A DNA stretch of 63,980 nucleotides, the filler included, from Vicugna vicugna (taxonomy: Eukaryota): the NCBI GenBank assembly GCA_013265495.1. It is 82 parts of 79 records of this genome, joined end to end, with 100 filler letters (N's around TTAATTAATTAA, not from the genome) between each part and the next. Parts side by side here need not be neighbours in the genome. Positions count along the whole stretch, not along the records: positions 1 to 395 come from MU058917.1; positions 496 to 1,127 come from MU058917.1; positions 1,228 to 2,068 come from PNXW01006788.1; positions 2,169 to 3,242 come from MU058927.1; positions 3,343 to 3,748 come from MU058929.1; positions 3,849 to 4,610 come from PNXW01006855.1; positions 4,711 to 5,324 come from MU058934.1; positions 5,425 to 5,882 come from PNXW01006871.1; 74 more parts are not named here. One strand, 5' to 3'. Under the pieces are notes generated by a model. The model was not told where the DNA came from. It saw nothing but the letters and a program-made list of their open reading frames with translations, and ran no database searches. Shown piece after piece: positions 1 through 12,081 of the stretch. Numbering within the stretch: the first letter of the stretch is position 1; each line of letters begins with the position of its first letter. Both the position numbers and the translations under genes were made by a program.

Positions 1-395
1 CTGGAAATCAACAACAGAGAAACAAAGAGAAAAAAAGGAAAGCATAGAGATTAAACAATATGTTATTGAAAGAACAATGGATCGATGAGGAAATCAAAGC
101 TGAAATTAAAAAATACCTTGAGACAAATGATAATGAAAGCACAACCACTCAAAACCTATGGGACACAGCAAAGGCAGTGCTAAGAGGGAAGTTTATAGCG
201 ATACAGGCCTTNNNNNNNNNNNNNNNNNNNNNNNNNNNNNNNNNNNNNNNNNNNNNNNNNNNNNNNNNNAGGAAATAATACAGAGAGGAACTAAATACAA
301 TAGAGATTAACAAGACCATAGAAAAAATCAACTGAACCAAAAGCTGGTTTTTTGAAAAAGTAAATAAAATCGAAAAATCTCTGGCCAAACCAAAC
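1..395 (+). mobile_element. LINE-1 ORF2 fragment (region just after the endonuclease domain), degenerate
   Basis: Translation [49 protein letters not shown], followed by an IEKIN-TKSWFFEKVNKI-like tract, is typical of L1 ORF2p. In-frame stops are present. Confidence 0.95.
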
Positions 396-495
396 NNNNN
401 NNNNNNNNNNNNNNNNNNNNNNNNNNNNNNNNNNNNNNNTTAATTAATTAANNNNNNNNNNNNNNNNNNNNNNNNNNNNNNNNNNNNNNNNNNNN
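396..495. other. Artificial scaffold-joining linker N44-TTAATTAATTAA-N44 (first of 81 copies in the window)
   Basis: An identical 100-bp spacer recurs between unrelated sequence blocks. The 12-mer is palindromic and places TAA stops in all six frames. Confidence 0.98.
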
Positions 496-1127
496 TATTG
501 TTAAAATGGTCACACTGCCCAAGGCAATCTACAGATTTAATGCAATTCCTATCCAATTACCCAGGACATATTTCACAGAACTAGAACAAATCATAATAAA
601 ATTTATATGGAACCATCAAAGACCTAGAATTGCCAAAGCATTACTGAAGAGAAAGAAAGAGGCTGGAGGAATAACTCTCCCAGACTTCAGACAATACTAT
701 AGAGCTACGGTCATCAAGACAGCATGGTATTGGTACCAAAACAGACAAATAGACCAATGGAACAGAATAGAGAGCCCAGAAATGAAGCCACAAGCTTTTG
801 GTCAACTAATCTTCGACAAAGGAGGCAAGAATATACGATGGAATAAAGACAGTGTCTTCAGCAAATGATGTTGGGAAAACTGGACAGCAGCACATAAATC
901 AATGAAGCTAGAACACTCCCTTACACCATACACAAAAATAAACTCAAAATGGATCAAAGACTTGAACATAAGACAAGGTAAAATAAATCTCCTAGAAGAA
1001 AACATAGGCAAAACATTATGTGACATACATTTCAAAACTTTTCTCCTAAAGAAATGAAAGCAAGAGTAAACAAATGGGACCAAATGAAACTTACAAGCTT
1101 CCGCACAGCAAAGGAAACCAGAAGTAA
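496..1127 (+). mobile_element. LINE-1 ORF2 fragment (C-terminal to the RT core)
   Basis: [13 protein letters not shown]...[39 protein letters not shown] motif, with a premature TGA at 866-868. Confidence 0.97.
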
Positions 1128-2168
1128 NNNNNNNNNNNNNNNNNNNNNNNNNNNNNNNNNNNNNNNNNNNNTTAATTAATTAANNNNNNNNNNNNNNNNN
1201 NNNNNNNNNNNNNNNNNNNNNNNNNNNACAATCTCATAACATCCTGAAGGCCTTCAGTGTCGAGGACTGAGACGTGTCTAATGTTTCTTTAGAACACAGT
1301 TCATCTCTTTCACAATAGATCAATTTTGCTTTTGGCATCTGATAGTTTCTCCTCTGAATGAGCAGCTGACTTACTGAGAGCAAGTGACGTTAGAGCAGAG
1401 GAAGGCAGGACACAAATACTTACTCTTGTTTCTGAAACTCACTTTTCTTTTCTGTGAGACAAGGGTTGAGAGTCATAAAACTACAGGTTTATAAGAGGAT
1501 TTACACTGATTCTTTGTTAAAGGAGTTGTGGGCCAGACTGCCAGTTTTCTATCATTCAATGTCTACTGCTCCTTTCCTGGTTAGAAATGATAGTTGTTCT
1601 TATCTGGGAACATTTCCCAGCATGACTTGTAGCTAGATTTAGTGACTAAATTGTAGTCAGCCACATATAAAAGTAAGTGTTACTTGTTCTTTGAGTACAA
1701 TTTTAAAGGGTTTCAATGCCCTTCTTCATCCTTCTTCTTTTCAGCTGCCCCGGATACATATGCGCTGGCTTGAGGACCAGCATATTGAAAGAACTTGAAA
1801 ATGGAATCCCACCTCCACCCTACTGCCCTCCTAAGAAAAGCAACAGGACTGGTTCCTGACATTGTGCCCTGTGGAGCTGTCATTACAGCTTAATCACTCC
1901 ACTCACCAGAGAACTCGACATATCACATCACATGTCTTCAGACTATTTAGGATGATGGCACACATTCCAAGCCAACTTTATAATTTCCTTATTGGTGATC
2001 TCCTGCTATTGAAAAGTAAAATTTCCTCCCAAAGGTTGTTTTCTGACGTTGGTTATTTTAAGTGTCCANNNNNNNNNNNNNNNNNNNNNNNNNNNNNNNN
2101 NNNNNNNNNNNNTTAATTAATTAANNNNNNNNNNNNNNNNNNNNNNNNNNNNNNNNNNNNNNNNNNNN

Positions 2169-3242
2169 AGCATGTGGAAAGACGTTCGTTCATCCAGCAA
2201 AAAGGGAACGGGTGGCAGGAGTAACACTTACTCTGGATCCTCAGTCGGTTTCCTAGTGCCAGTTTGAAGTTCTTGCAGTTTTGACTGTAAAACCGAGTTG
2301 GAGCTTCTACCGCCCCATATATATGTATGGAGTGGAGTTTGCAACTGAAAAGAAACATTGTGTTCCCTTCAAGCTAGGTGAAGGACGGTTTTCACACACA
2401 CTTATTTCCCAGAACTGAGCATGTGGAACGTTCGTTCGTCCAGCACAAAGGGTATGGGTTGCAGGAGAAACACTTACTCTGGTTTATAAGTCTGTTTCCT
2501 AGTGGAGGTTTGAAGTTCCTGCGTTTTGCACTGTAAATTCGAGTTTGAGCTTGTACCTCCCATATATAAGTATGGAGTGGAGTTTGCACATTAAATCCGA
2601 CTTGGAGCTTGTCCCTCCAAATATATATATATGTATGGAGTGGACTTTGCAACTGAAAAGAAACTTTGTTTTCCCTTCAAGCTAGGTGAAGAACGGCATT
2701 CACACAAACTTATCTCTCAAAATTGAGCATGTGGAGAGACGTTCGTTCATCCAGCACAAAGGGAACGGTTTGCAGGACAAACACTTACTCTGGTTTCTCA
2801 GTCTGTTTCCTACTGCCGGTTTGAAGTGCCTGCCGTTTTNNNNNNNNNNNNNNNNNNNNNNNNNNNNNNNNNNNNNNNNNNNNNNNNNNNNNNNNNNNNN
2901 NNNNNNNNNNNNNNNNNNNNNNNNNNNNNNNNNNNNNNNNNNNNNNNNNNNNNNNNNNNNNNNNNNNNNNNNNNNNNNNNNNNNNNNNNNNNNNNNNNNN
3001 NNNNNNNNNNNNNNNNNNNNNNNNNNNNNNNNNNNNNNNNNNNNNNNNNNNNNNNNNNNNNNNNNNNNNNNNNNNNNNNNNNNNNNNNNNNNNNNNNNNN
3101 NNNNNNNNNNNNNNNNNNNNNNNNNNNNNNNNNNNNNNNNNNNNNNNNNNNNNNNNNNNNNNNNNNNNNNNNNNNNNNNNNNNNNNNNNTCTTTCATACA
3201 CACTTCTCTCTCAGAAATGAGCATGTGGAGAGACGTTCGTTC
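2169..3242 (-). repeat. SAT-B, 249-bp tandem satellite
   Basis: AGCATGTGGA recurs at 2169, 2418 (period 249) and 2726 (308; this unit carries an internal duplication). Confidence 0.9.
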
Positions 3243-3342
3243 NNNNNNNNNNNNNNNNNNNNNNNNNNNNNNNNNNNNNNNNNNNNTTAATTAATTAANN
3301 NNNNNNNNNNNNNNNNNNNNNNNNNNNNNNNNNNNNNNNNNN

Positions 3343-3748
3343 CGAGGGAAAGCTGGGGGTTGGGATTGGAGGCCAAGTAGCATCGAGCGCCTCCAATGGA
3401 CTGAGGAAATATTTTGAGGAATTCTCCCTAAGTGGAACACCTGTGCCCCCATTCTTCTGCGTGGGCTGGGTCTCCACACATCCCCCACACTAAAGGCTGG
3501 ATTCCGGATCCTGAGTGTGGGGAAGATTCTCCAACTGACAACAGCGACTGGGTTCTAATACAATCCCTAAGTTTGCCTTCCCTGATGANNNNNNNNNNNN
3601 NNNNNNNNNNNNNNNNNNNNNNCTTTAAACTGCACAACCTGTGAATACCTGTGCCCCTTGTAAGATGTGTAGATCTGTTTCCCCACCTCCAACACACACA
3701 CGGAGACGTGCTCAGGTATTCTGATTGTGGGGAGGCTCCTCCCCTCCA
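3343..3748 (+). repeat. SAT-C, divergent ~265-bp monomer satellite
   Basis: Core CCAACTGACA-CAGCG-CTGGGTTCTAATA-AATCCC is shared with eight other scaffolds. Confidence 0.85.
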
Positions 3749-3848
3749 NNNNNNNNNNNNNNNNNNNNNNNNNNNNNNNNNNNNNNNNNNNNTTAATTAA
3801 TTAANNNNNNNNNNNNNNNNNNNNNNNNNNNNNNNNNNNNNNNNNNNN

Positions 3849-4610
3849 AGCTGCGTGGAGTTGACTCTCGAGCTCCCCCACGCACTGATAATGATTCCGG
3901 AACCGTGAGCGTGGGGAGGTTCCTCCAACGGTCGGCAGCGCGTGGGTTCTAACTGAATGAATAAGCTCGTCTCCCCTGAGGGTTTTCCTAATATCTCTGT
4001 GCCAGGGAATGGTAGGGGGGTTTGCAGGATATCCCAGTAACATACGCTGCCTCCCCAAGGTCAGGGAAGGTATTTCCCGGACTTCCCCGAACAGGGAACT
4101 CCTGTGAATGAAGAATCTCTCTCGAGCTCCCCCACGCACTGACAATGGTTCCGGAATCATGAGCGTGGGGAGGTTCCACCAACTGTCGGCAGCGCGTGGG
4201 TTCTAACGGAATGCCTAAGCTCATCTCCCCTGAGGGTTTTCCTACTGTCTCTGTGCCAGGGAATGGTAGGGTTCTTTGCAGGATATCCCATTGTCATACG
4301 CTGCCTCCCCAAGTTCAGGGAAGGTATTTCCCGGACTTCCCCGAACAGGAACTCCTGTGAATGAAGAGAGCTGCGTGGAGTTGTCTCTCGAGCTCCCCCA
4401 CGCACTGACAATGGTTCCGGAATCCTGAGCGTGGGGAGGTTCCACCAACGGTCGGCAGCGCGTGGGTTCTAACGGAATGCCTAAGCTCGTCTCCCCTGAG
4501 GGTTTTCCTAATATCTCTGTGCCAGGGAATGGTAGGGGGGTTTCAAGGATAACCCAGTGACATAAGCTGCCTCCCCAATGTCAGGGAAGGTTTTTTCCGG
4601 ACTTCCCCGA
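3849..4610 (+). repeat. SAT-A, 267-bp GC-rich tandem satellite (~2.9 units)
   Basis: GACAATGGTTCCGGAATC at 4141 and 4407. The same unit occurs in 16 scaffolds. Confidence 0.95.
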
Positions 4611-4710
4611 NNNNNNNNNNNNNNNNNNNNNNNNNNNNNNNNNNNNNNNNNNNNTTAATTAATTAANNNNNNNNNNNNNNNNNNNNNNNNNNNNNNNNNN
4701 NNNNNNNNNN

Positions 4711-5123
4711 CGCTGATGGGTGTGCAGTTGTTCCGCATGCTCTTGCGCCGGCATTACTCTCATGTCAACTGATACCAGTCTTTCCATGGGCTGTTTCCCA
4801 TCTCTGCATCCTCTTCCATGAAATACTTGCTCTTAATTTTGCTCATTCTTTAAACAGACTCTGTCAGATAATTCTTACCATTTAGTTTTGAGAATAATCT
4901 CAACACCAGCTGTGTGTTGGATATGTGGTGTGCAAAGTTTTCTATGTGTCTATTACTTATTTATTTTATCCTCATTTAAAATATTTGAAATCCAAAAGAT
5001 TCTAGTTTTGGTGAGATTCAACTTCTCAAACTTTCCTTTTACAATCTGTGCTTCTGGTGTCATCAAAGGATTCCTCTGTCACCCCACATCCTGGTGATCT
5101 TCTTCTGTGGATTCCTCTAAAAC
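4711..5123 (-). mobile_element. Old, diverged L1 (L1M-type) ORF2 3' fragment
   Basis: Antisense L1-like phrases (ctgatgggtgtg...; ttcctctgtcaccccacatcctggtgatcttcttctgtggattcctctaaaa), recognised by eye only. Confidence 0.55.
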
Positions 5124-5424
5124 AGGCACCACAACATAAATGACCCAAATGTGCCTCAGAAGAAAAAGATCAACTTCTCTGTGTCCAGTGTTGGAATAAT
5201 GGCCTCTCACAGCAGCATGGTGACTGCTGTCCCCACAGCATCTGCTATGAGCACTGCCCAGCCCATCCTGTGATGCCTGCAGCAATAGACAGGATGACTG
5301 TGTCACCCAGGCCCAGAGGGGAAGNNNNNNNNNNNNNNNNNNNNNNNNNNNNNNNNNNNNNNNNNNNNTTAATTAATTAANNNNNNNNNNNNNNNNNNNN
5401 NNNNNNNNNNNNNNNNNNNNNNNN

Positions 5425-5882
5425 ACATTAGGAAAACCCTCAGGGGAGACGAGATTAGGCATTCCGTTTAAACCGACGCGCTGCCGACCGTTGTAGGAAC
5501 CTCCCCCGCACAGGATTCCAGAACCATTGTCAGTGCGTGGGGAACTCGAGAGACAACTCCACGCAGCTCTCTTCAGTCACAGGTGTTCCCTGTTCGGGGA
5601 AGTCCGAGAAATACCTTCCCTGAACTTGGGGAGGCAGACTCTGACACTGGGATATAATGAAAACCGCCTAGCATTCCCTGGCACAGAGACATTTGGAAAA
5701 CGGTCAGGGGAGACGAGCTTAGGCATTCCGTTAGAAGCCACGCGCTGCCGACCGTTGGTGGAACCTCCCCACGGTCAATTCCGGAATCATTGTCAGTGTG
5801 TGATGGAGCTCGAGAGACAACTCCACGCAGCTCTCATCAGTCACAGGAGTTCCCTGTTCGGGGAAGTCCGAGAAATACCTTC
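5425..5882 (-). repeat. SAT-A, 267-bp satellite
   Basis: Reverse complement of the SAT-A unit (CTCCACGCAGCTCTCTTCAGTCACAGGTGTTCCC). Confidence 0.95.
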
Positions 5883-6950
5883 NNNNNNNNNNNNNNNNNN
5901 NNNNNNNNNNNNNNNNNNNNNNNNNNTTAATTAATTAANNNNNNNNNNNNNNNNNNNNNNNNNNNNNNNNNNNNNNNNNNNNCTGGAATGCTCCTGACTT
6001 TGAAAACCACTGCGCAGTTACTTTTCATACGTGAAACTCATATAAATATACCACGTAGATGATATTGCAGTAGGATTTTTCTTTTCAAAATTTCCAGTTA
6101 TTTCAAAATTTCCAGTTGCAACATTAGCACAAGAAAGTTTATGTTTAGGCTTTAAAAAAATCAATTATCCTCCACTTTCTTAATTTTGAACTTATTATTA
6201 TTTTATAAATGGAGCTATGGTGCGTATTTAAAACCTTTTGATTTCTGAAAACAAGACCTCTATGACCTCACTATTTCAGAGCAAACTTTAACGATTCTGA
6301 GAGGTGGGGCCTGGGGCGCTCACTAAAAGCTCTTTAAATACTGACAAGGATGTGCTATTAAGTAATGCAAAGGCTCTAACTCCACATTAGCTCAGAAAGC
6401 AAAGAAACTACACCAAAGACTTCCTTAAATATATTATATATTCTTATTCTTTTGAATATTAAAGTTCTTAAAAGATGATTTTTTTTGAAAAAGACAACAG
6501 CTGTATTAAATTTCCGCTCACCAAGAAAGCAATCTTTATCAGGAATAAAAACCCCTATGGAAATCGAAATGACAGGACGTTTCTAGCTAAGTGAACATCC
6601 AGATATGAACACAAACCTAAATCCTATCAGATCTCACTCGAAGAAGCTCTATAAAGTCCTGGGCAACTCTGGAAATTAGCTCTTTTGTTTCAAATGTTGG
6701 CTGAGCTAAGATCATCACACTAGGCGTGGAAGGAGAGAAGAGGAATGTCCACCTGGCGGCCTCCATCTGTTTTCTTCCAGCCACAAGGTGCCTCTAGGGC
6801 AGCCCGCTAACAAGCCCCCCATAAGGAAAGCAGGCATCCACACTGCCCCTNNNNNNNNNNNNNNNNNNNNNNNNNNNNNNNNNNNNNNNNNNNNTTAATT
6901 AATTAANNNNNNNNNNNNNNNNNNNNNNNNNNNNNNNNNNNNNNNNNNNN

Positions 6951-7866
6951 TTCCGGAATCCTGAGCGTGGGGAGGTTCCACCAAACGTCGGCAGCTCGAG
7001 GGTTCAAACGGAATGCCTAAGCTCGCCTCCCCTGAGGATTTTCCTAATGTCTCTGTGCCACGGAATGCTAGGGGGGTTTGCAGGATATGCCAGTGTCAGA
7101 GGCTGACTCCCCAAAGTCACAGAACGTATTTCTCGTTCTTCCCCGTACAGGGAACACCTGTGACTGAAGAGATCTTCGTGGAGTTTTCTCTCGAGCTCCC
7201 CCACGCACTGAAAATGGTTCCGGAATCCTGAGCGTGGGGANNNNNNNNNNNNNNNNNNNNNNNNNNNNNNNNNNNNNNNNNNNNNNNNNNNNNNNNNNNN
7301 NNNNNNNNNNNNNNNNNNNNNNNNNNNNNNNNNNNNNNNNNNNNNNNNNNNNNNNNNNNNNNNNNNNNNNNNNNNNNNNNNNNNNNNNNNNNNNNNNNNN
7401 NNNNNNNNNNNNNNNNNNNNNNNNNNNNNNNNNNNNNNNNNNNNNNNNCAGCGCGTGAAACGAAATTCCTAAGCTCGTCTCCCCTGAGTGTTTTCCTAAT
7501 GTCTCTGTGCCAGGGAATGCTAGGATGTTTTGCAGGGTATCCCAGTGTCAGAGGCTGCCTGCCCACGGCACGGTANNNNNNNNNNNNNNNNNNNNNNNNN
7601 NNNNNNNNNNNNNNNNNNNNNNNNNNNNNNNNNNNNNNNNNNNNNNNNNNNNNNNNNNNNNNNNNNNNNNNNNNNNNNNNNNNNNNNNNNNNNNNNNNNN
7701 NNNNNNNNNNNNNNNNNNNNNNNNNNNNNNNNNNNNNNNCGGAATCCTGAGGGAGGTTCCACCAACGGTCGGCAGCGCGTGGGTTCTAACGGAATGCCTA
7801 AACTCGTCTCCCCTGAGGTTTTTCCTAATGTCTCTGTGCCAGGGAATGCTAGTGGTGATTGGATTG
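6951..7866 (+). repeat. SAT-A, 267-bp satellite (gapped)
   Basis: SAT-A unit sequence. Confidence 0.93.
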
Positions 7867-7966
7867 NNNNNNNNNNNNNNNNNNNNNNNNNNNNNNNNNN
7901 NNNNNNNNNNTTAATTAATTAANNNNNNNNNNNNNNNNNNNNNNNNNNNNNNNNNNNNNNNNNNNN

Positions 7967-8455
7967 TCTTCCCTGAGGGTTTTCCGAATGTCTCTGTGCC
8001 AGGGAATGCTAAGGCTGATTGTAGGATATCCCAGTGTCAGAGGCTGTCTCCCCAAAGTCAGGGAAGGTATTTCTCGGACTTCCCCGAATAGGGAACACTT
8101 GTGACTGAAGCGAACTGCGTGGAGATGTCTCTCGAGCTCCCCCACGCACTGACAATGGTTCCGGAATCTTGGGCGTGGGGAAGTTCCACCAACGGTCGAC
8201 AGCGTGTGGGTTCAAACGGAATGACTAAATTCGTCTCCCCTGAGGCTTTTCCTAATGTCTCTGGGCCAGGGAATGCTAGGGGTGATTGCAGGATATCCCA
8301 GTGTCAGAGGCTGTCTCCCCAAAGTCAGGGAAGGTATTTCTCGGACTTCCCCGAATAGGGAACACTTGTGACTGAAGCGAACTGCGTGGAAATCTCACGA
8401 GCTCCCCCATGCACTGACAATAGTTCCGCAATCATGAGCGTGGGGAGGTTCCACC
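7967..8455 (+). repeat. SAT-A, 267-bp satellite
   Basis: Two near-identical units. Confidence 0.95.
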
Positions 8456-8887
8456 NNNNNNNNNNNNNNNNNNNNNNNNNNNNNNNNNNNNNNNNNNNNT
8501 TAATTAATTAANNNNNNNNNNNNNNNNNNNNNNNNNNNNNNNNNNNNNNNNNNNNCCCAGCTCCTTGTGGGGGCAACGGGTGTGATACCCGTAGGGGTTC
8601 AGCAGAAGTATTGGATGGCGGGCTGGATCAGGGAGGTAAAACTTGAGCTGCGGGCCTTGAAGGGTTACAGAAGGGTACAGAGGCAGGTCTGCAGCCTCCT
8701 TCGGGGTGCCCCAGAGGTAAATCTTTTTCTCTCCATCTCCGCTATGACCCTCCCCTCTCCAGATCCCTCCCTTCTCTCTGGTCTTCCTGTCCATCTGTCT
8801 CCCTCCACTTTTCCCCTCCTCTCAACCTGCTCCCATCTTCTCCCTCCACCCCACCTTCCAGAACCCAGAGCGGATCACTGGCCCTCC

Positions 8888-8899
8888 TGCGCATGCGCA
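8888..8899. promoter_or_regulatory. Perfect palindromic NRF1-type motif TGCGCATGCGCA in a GC-rich scaffold
   Basis: Exact 12-bp palindrome matching the NRF1 consensus. Function is not shown. Confidence 0.35.
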
Positions 8900-10059
8900 G
8901 TCGGTGCCAGCTGGTAAGCTGGTTGAAAGCTCCATCTTCGAGCTGGGGATTGGCCCAAAGTCTTCTCGGCTCTGTTGCCGGGTGGGCTTTTGGCTCCTGC
9001 CTGGGGCCGGGGCCTCTGGCTGTGGAAGTGCAAGGAGGGGGGATCTCAAGAAAGGGTTCAGGCGGCTGAGGGAGGGCGGTCCGCCTGTCACAGCCCCCCA
9101 GGGAACCAGTCAGAGTCTGTTCAGCTGAATTGCTACGGCCAGGCCCCCAGGGCGCCACCTGCCCTGGCGCCCCAGCCACAGCTGTCCAGGGCCAGGTGTG
9201 CACCTGCAGCCTCTCACCCAGCCGGGTTAACCTCAGTCCGCGGCTGACGTGCCCTTCCCCTCTCCCATGCAGGAGTCCTCTCCTCCCTGGCTGCCTGTCC
9301 TTGGCTGCCTGCCCGTCCCCGCACCGCCCCTGGCTGGGTCCAGGGCGCGCAGTGTCTGCGGACCCAGACGGGGCTGGGGCTGGGGCTGGAGCTGGGNNNN
9401 NNNNNNNNNNNNNNNNNNNNNNNNNNNNNNNNNNNNNNNNTTAATTAATTAANNNNNNNNNNNNNNNNNNNNNNNNNNNNNNNNNNNNNNNNNNNNGATG
9501 GTGACCGGTGCTGTCTCTGCAGTGTTTCCGTCTGCCTGTGTGCTCACATGAGAGATCAAGCATCTCTAACACACACTGGCCATCTGCATTGCCTCTCATT
9601 GGAACTGCCCATGTCTCTTCTGTTTTTATTTAGAACATTGGGTTTCAAAAGGATTTTGGATTACAGGGATGGGAAACCTTTCTCCAACCTTGGGTTATAA
9701 GGAATGCATTTTCCAGTTTGTGATATGTATTTCAAGCAGTTTTTCTGGGCTTTTGCTAATGTTTTTGATTTGTTTGGTTTTGTTTTCGCCACAGGAAGAG
9801 CTAAGCATCTCCCTTGTGTCTTCTGGCTGTGGTGTCACAGGGGGAACAGCAGCGTCTACCATGAGATTTTGCACAGNNNNNNNNNNNNNNNNNNNNNNNN
9901 NNNNNNNNNNNNNNNNNNNNNNNNNNNNNNNNNNNNNNNNNNNNNNNNNTAAAAATGCTGTTTCAAGTGAAGACAAAAATAATACACACCCCAGCTTGAA
10001 ACATGTGGGCAGGGACAAAAAATTTTTTTTTAAATTTCATTGACAGGGAACACCCAGGA

Positions 10060-10251
10060 GAGTTAAAGACACGCAGAGAGAAAGGGGACTTGGGGTTCTC
10101 AGGGGTTGGGTGAGGAGGGAAGGGAGTGAGCGCTCAGGATACAAGGTTTCACTTTGAGGAAAGAAATAATGTGAAACTAGGTGGTAGTGATTGTCTCACA
10201 ACATTCTGAATGCCCCTAATGCTCCTGAGTTGCACAACTTAAAAGGGGAAA
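10060..10251 (+). mobile_element. Old L1 (L1MB-like) 3' UTR fragment
   Basis: ggggttctcaggggttggg...ggtggtagtgattgtctcacaacattctgaatg...ttgcacaacttaaaa resembles L1MB 3' ends. Confidence 0.6.
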
Positions 10252-10351
10252 NNNNNNNNNNNNNNNNNNNNNNNNNNNNNNNNNNNNNNNNNNNNTTAAT
10301 TAATTAANNNNNNNNNNNNNNNNNNNNNNNNNNNNNNNNNNNNNNNNNNNN

Positions 10352-10857
10352 TGTGAACATGCGCATGACTCATATTTCAACCACCAAACATCTTACCTAT
10401 GCACATTGAAATACTAACTTTGACTTCGTATTTTCTTCCTATCACCAGTTTCAAGAATCACACTTTGATTCCAGAAAAACCCTCTTGGAACGAATTCTAC
10501 CCTATAGATATATAATGTGAATAGATTCCATCAACATGATATTCCGTGTTCCGTACATTCTACATGAATGACTGATTCGACAAACATGCATTCCTGAGTT
10601 GAGAGCATGTGGATTGCTGATTTCATCCTCTATAAAAGGAATATTTTCAGCTAGATACGTGTACACATTTTCACAAGCTTTCCCTAACACCTTTCCCTAA
10701 AAACAGTTTCGAATTCGTGCATTTTTCACAGAAAAATACTTGTGAAGCGATTTCCACCTAACAGATATGTAATTTACATGAATTCCATCAACGTGGCATT
10801 CCGGGCTTTTACATGTTACATGCATGATGGATTCGGCAAACATGCGTTTCTGAGTTG
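10352..10857 (-). repeat. SAT-D, AT-rich trimeric HOR satellite
   Basis: Monomer types a and b in reverse complement. Confidence 0.9.
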
Positions 10858-11329
10858 NNNNNNNNNNNNNNNNNNNNNNNNNNNNNNNNNNNNNNNNNNN
10901 NTTAATTAATTAANNNNNNNNNNNNNNNNNNNNNNNNNNNNNNNNNNNNNNNNNNNNATGTCATTTTGGGCATTTAACTATTTTTCTTAATATTTTATCA
11001 TATAATTTCCCTAAGGCAAGTTGCTTAACCCTGGAATTGTAGTAGACTTTTGTCAAGTACAGTATAACACTCCCAGAAATGACCCCAATATCAAACTAGT
11101 ATGTGAGGCTGGGAAGGCCACAGGGCTCTCAGCTTATCCTCTGAGTCCTACAAAGAATGCTGTTAATTCACTGATATCACGCATTCGATGCCTGTGAGTC
11201 ACTCACTCACTCAGCTGGCTCGGACTGAGACCTACTTTATACCAGGTGCTGATCCACGTGCTAGTTACCAGAGGGGGCCTGGATCACGGCATCACTGACC
11301 TTCTTCATTTGCTCCCGGAATCCTACTCA

Positions 11330-11453
11330 AGATGACACAGAGTCAGAGACACTCAACCACGCTGATCTTGAGAGAGATAAATGAGGTCACAGGCCAAGAG
11401 ATGCAGGCGGCCTCTGGAAGCCAGAAAAGTCAAAGGTACAGGTTCCCCTGAGG
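11330..11453 (+). mobile_element. MaLR (MLT1-like) LTR fragment
   Basis: ggccaagagatgcaggcggcctctggaagccagaaaag resembles the MLT1 LTR core. Confidence 0.45.
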
Positions 11454-11553
11454 NNNNNNNNNNNNNNNNNNNNNNNNNNNNNNNNNNNNNNNNNNNNTTA
11501 ATTAATTAANNNNNNNNNNNNNNNNNNNNNNNNNNNNNNNNNNNNNNNNNNNN

Positions 11554-11981
11554 CCTGGCTCTGAGGGAAAGCTGGGGGTTGGGGTTTGAGGCCATATATT
11601 AGCGAGTGTTCCCGGTGGACTGTGGAAGTATTTAGATCAATTCTCCCTAAAGGTGAACACCTGTGCCCACATCCATCTACGTGGAGTGGGGATACAGAAA
11701 TCCCCCTCCAGACTGGCTTCTGGAATCCTGAATTGGGAAAGATCCTCCAACTGACAGCAGTGCCAGTGTTCTAGAGAATCCTTTACCTCTATTCCCTGAT
11801 GGATTGTGTAAGCTGGAGTGCGGGTCAAAGTGGGATTTGAGCTCTAAATCCAAGTATTAGTGAGTAAGTGCCTTTCCATGGAAATTGGAGGTGTTTAACC
11901 AAAAACCCACAACAATGGATTACCTGTGCCCCCTGTAATACGCGTGGACTCTTTTTCTCCACCAACAGCACACACACGAAG
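11554..11981 (+). repeat. SAT-C satellite
   Basis: A P-type monomer segment followed by a Q-type segment. Confidence 0.85.
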
Positions 11982-12081
11982 NNNNNNNNNNNNNNNNNNN
12001 NNNNNNNNNNNNNNNNNNNNNNNNNTTAATTAATTAANNNNNNNNNNNNNNNNNNNNNNNNNNNNNNNNNNNNNNNNNNNN

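Noticed and set aside
1700..2010. Possible old MLT1 LTR remnant
   Set aside because: Similarity is too weak to support without a profile search.
2169..4610. Possible common origin of SAT-A/C with SAT-B/D (shared CTGAGC-TG-GGAG and TTTGCAGGA words)
   Set aside because: The shared words are short and not colinear in spacing, and I could not build an alignment by eye.
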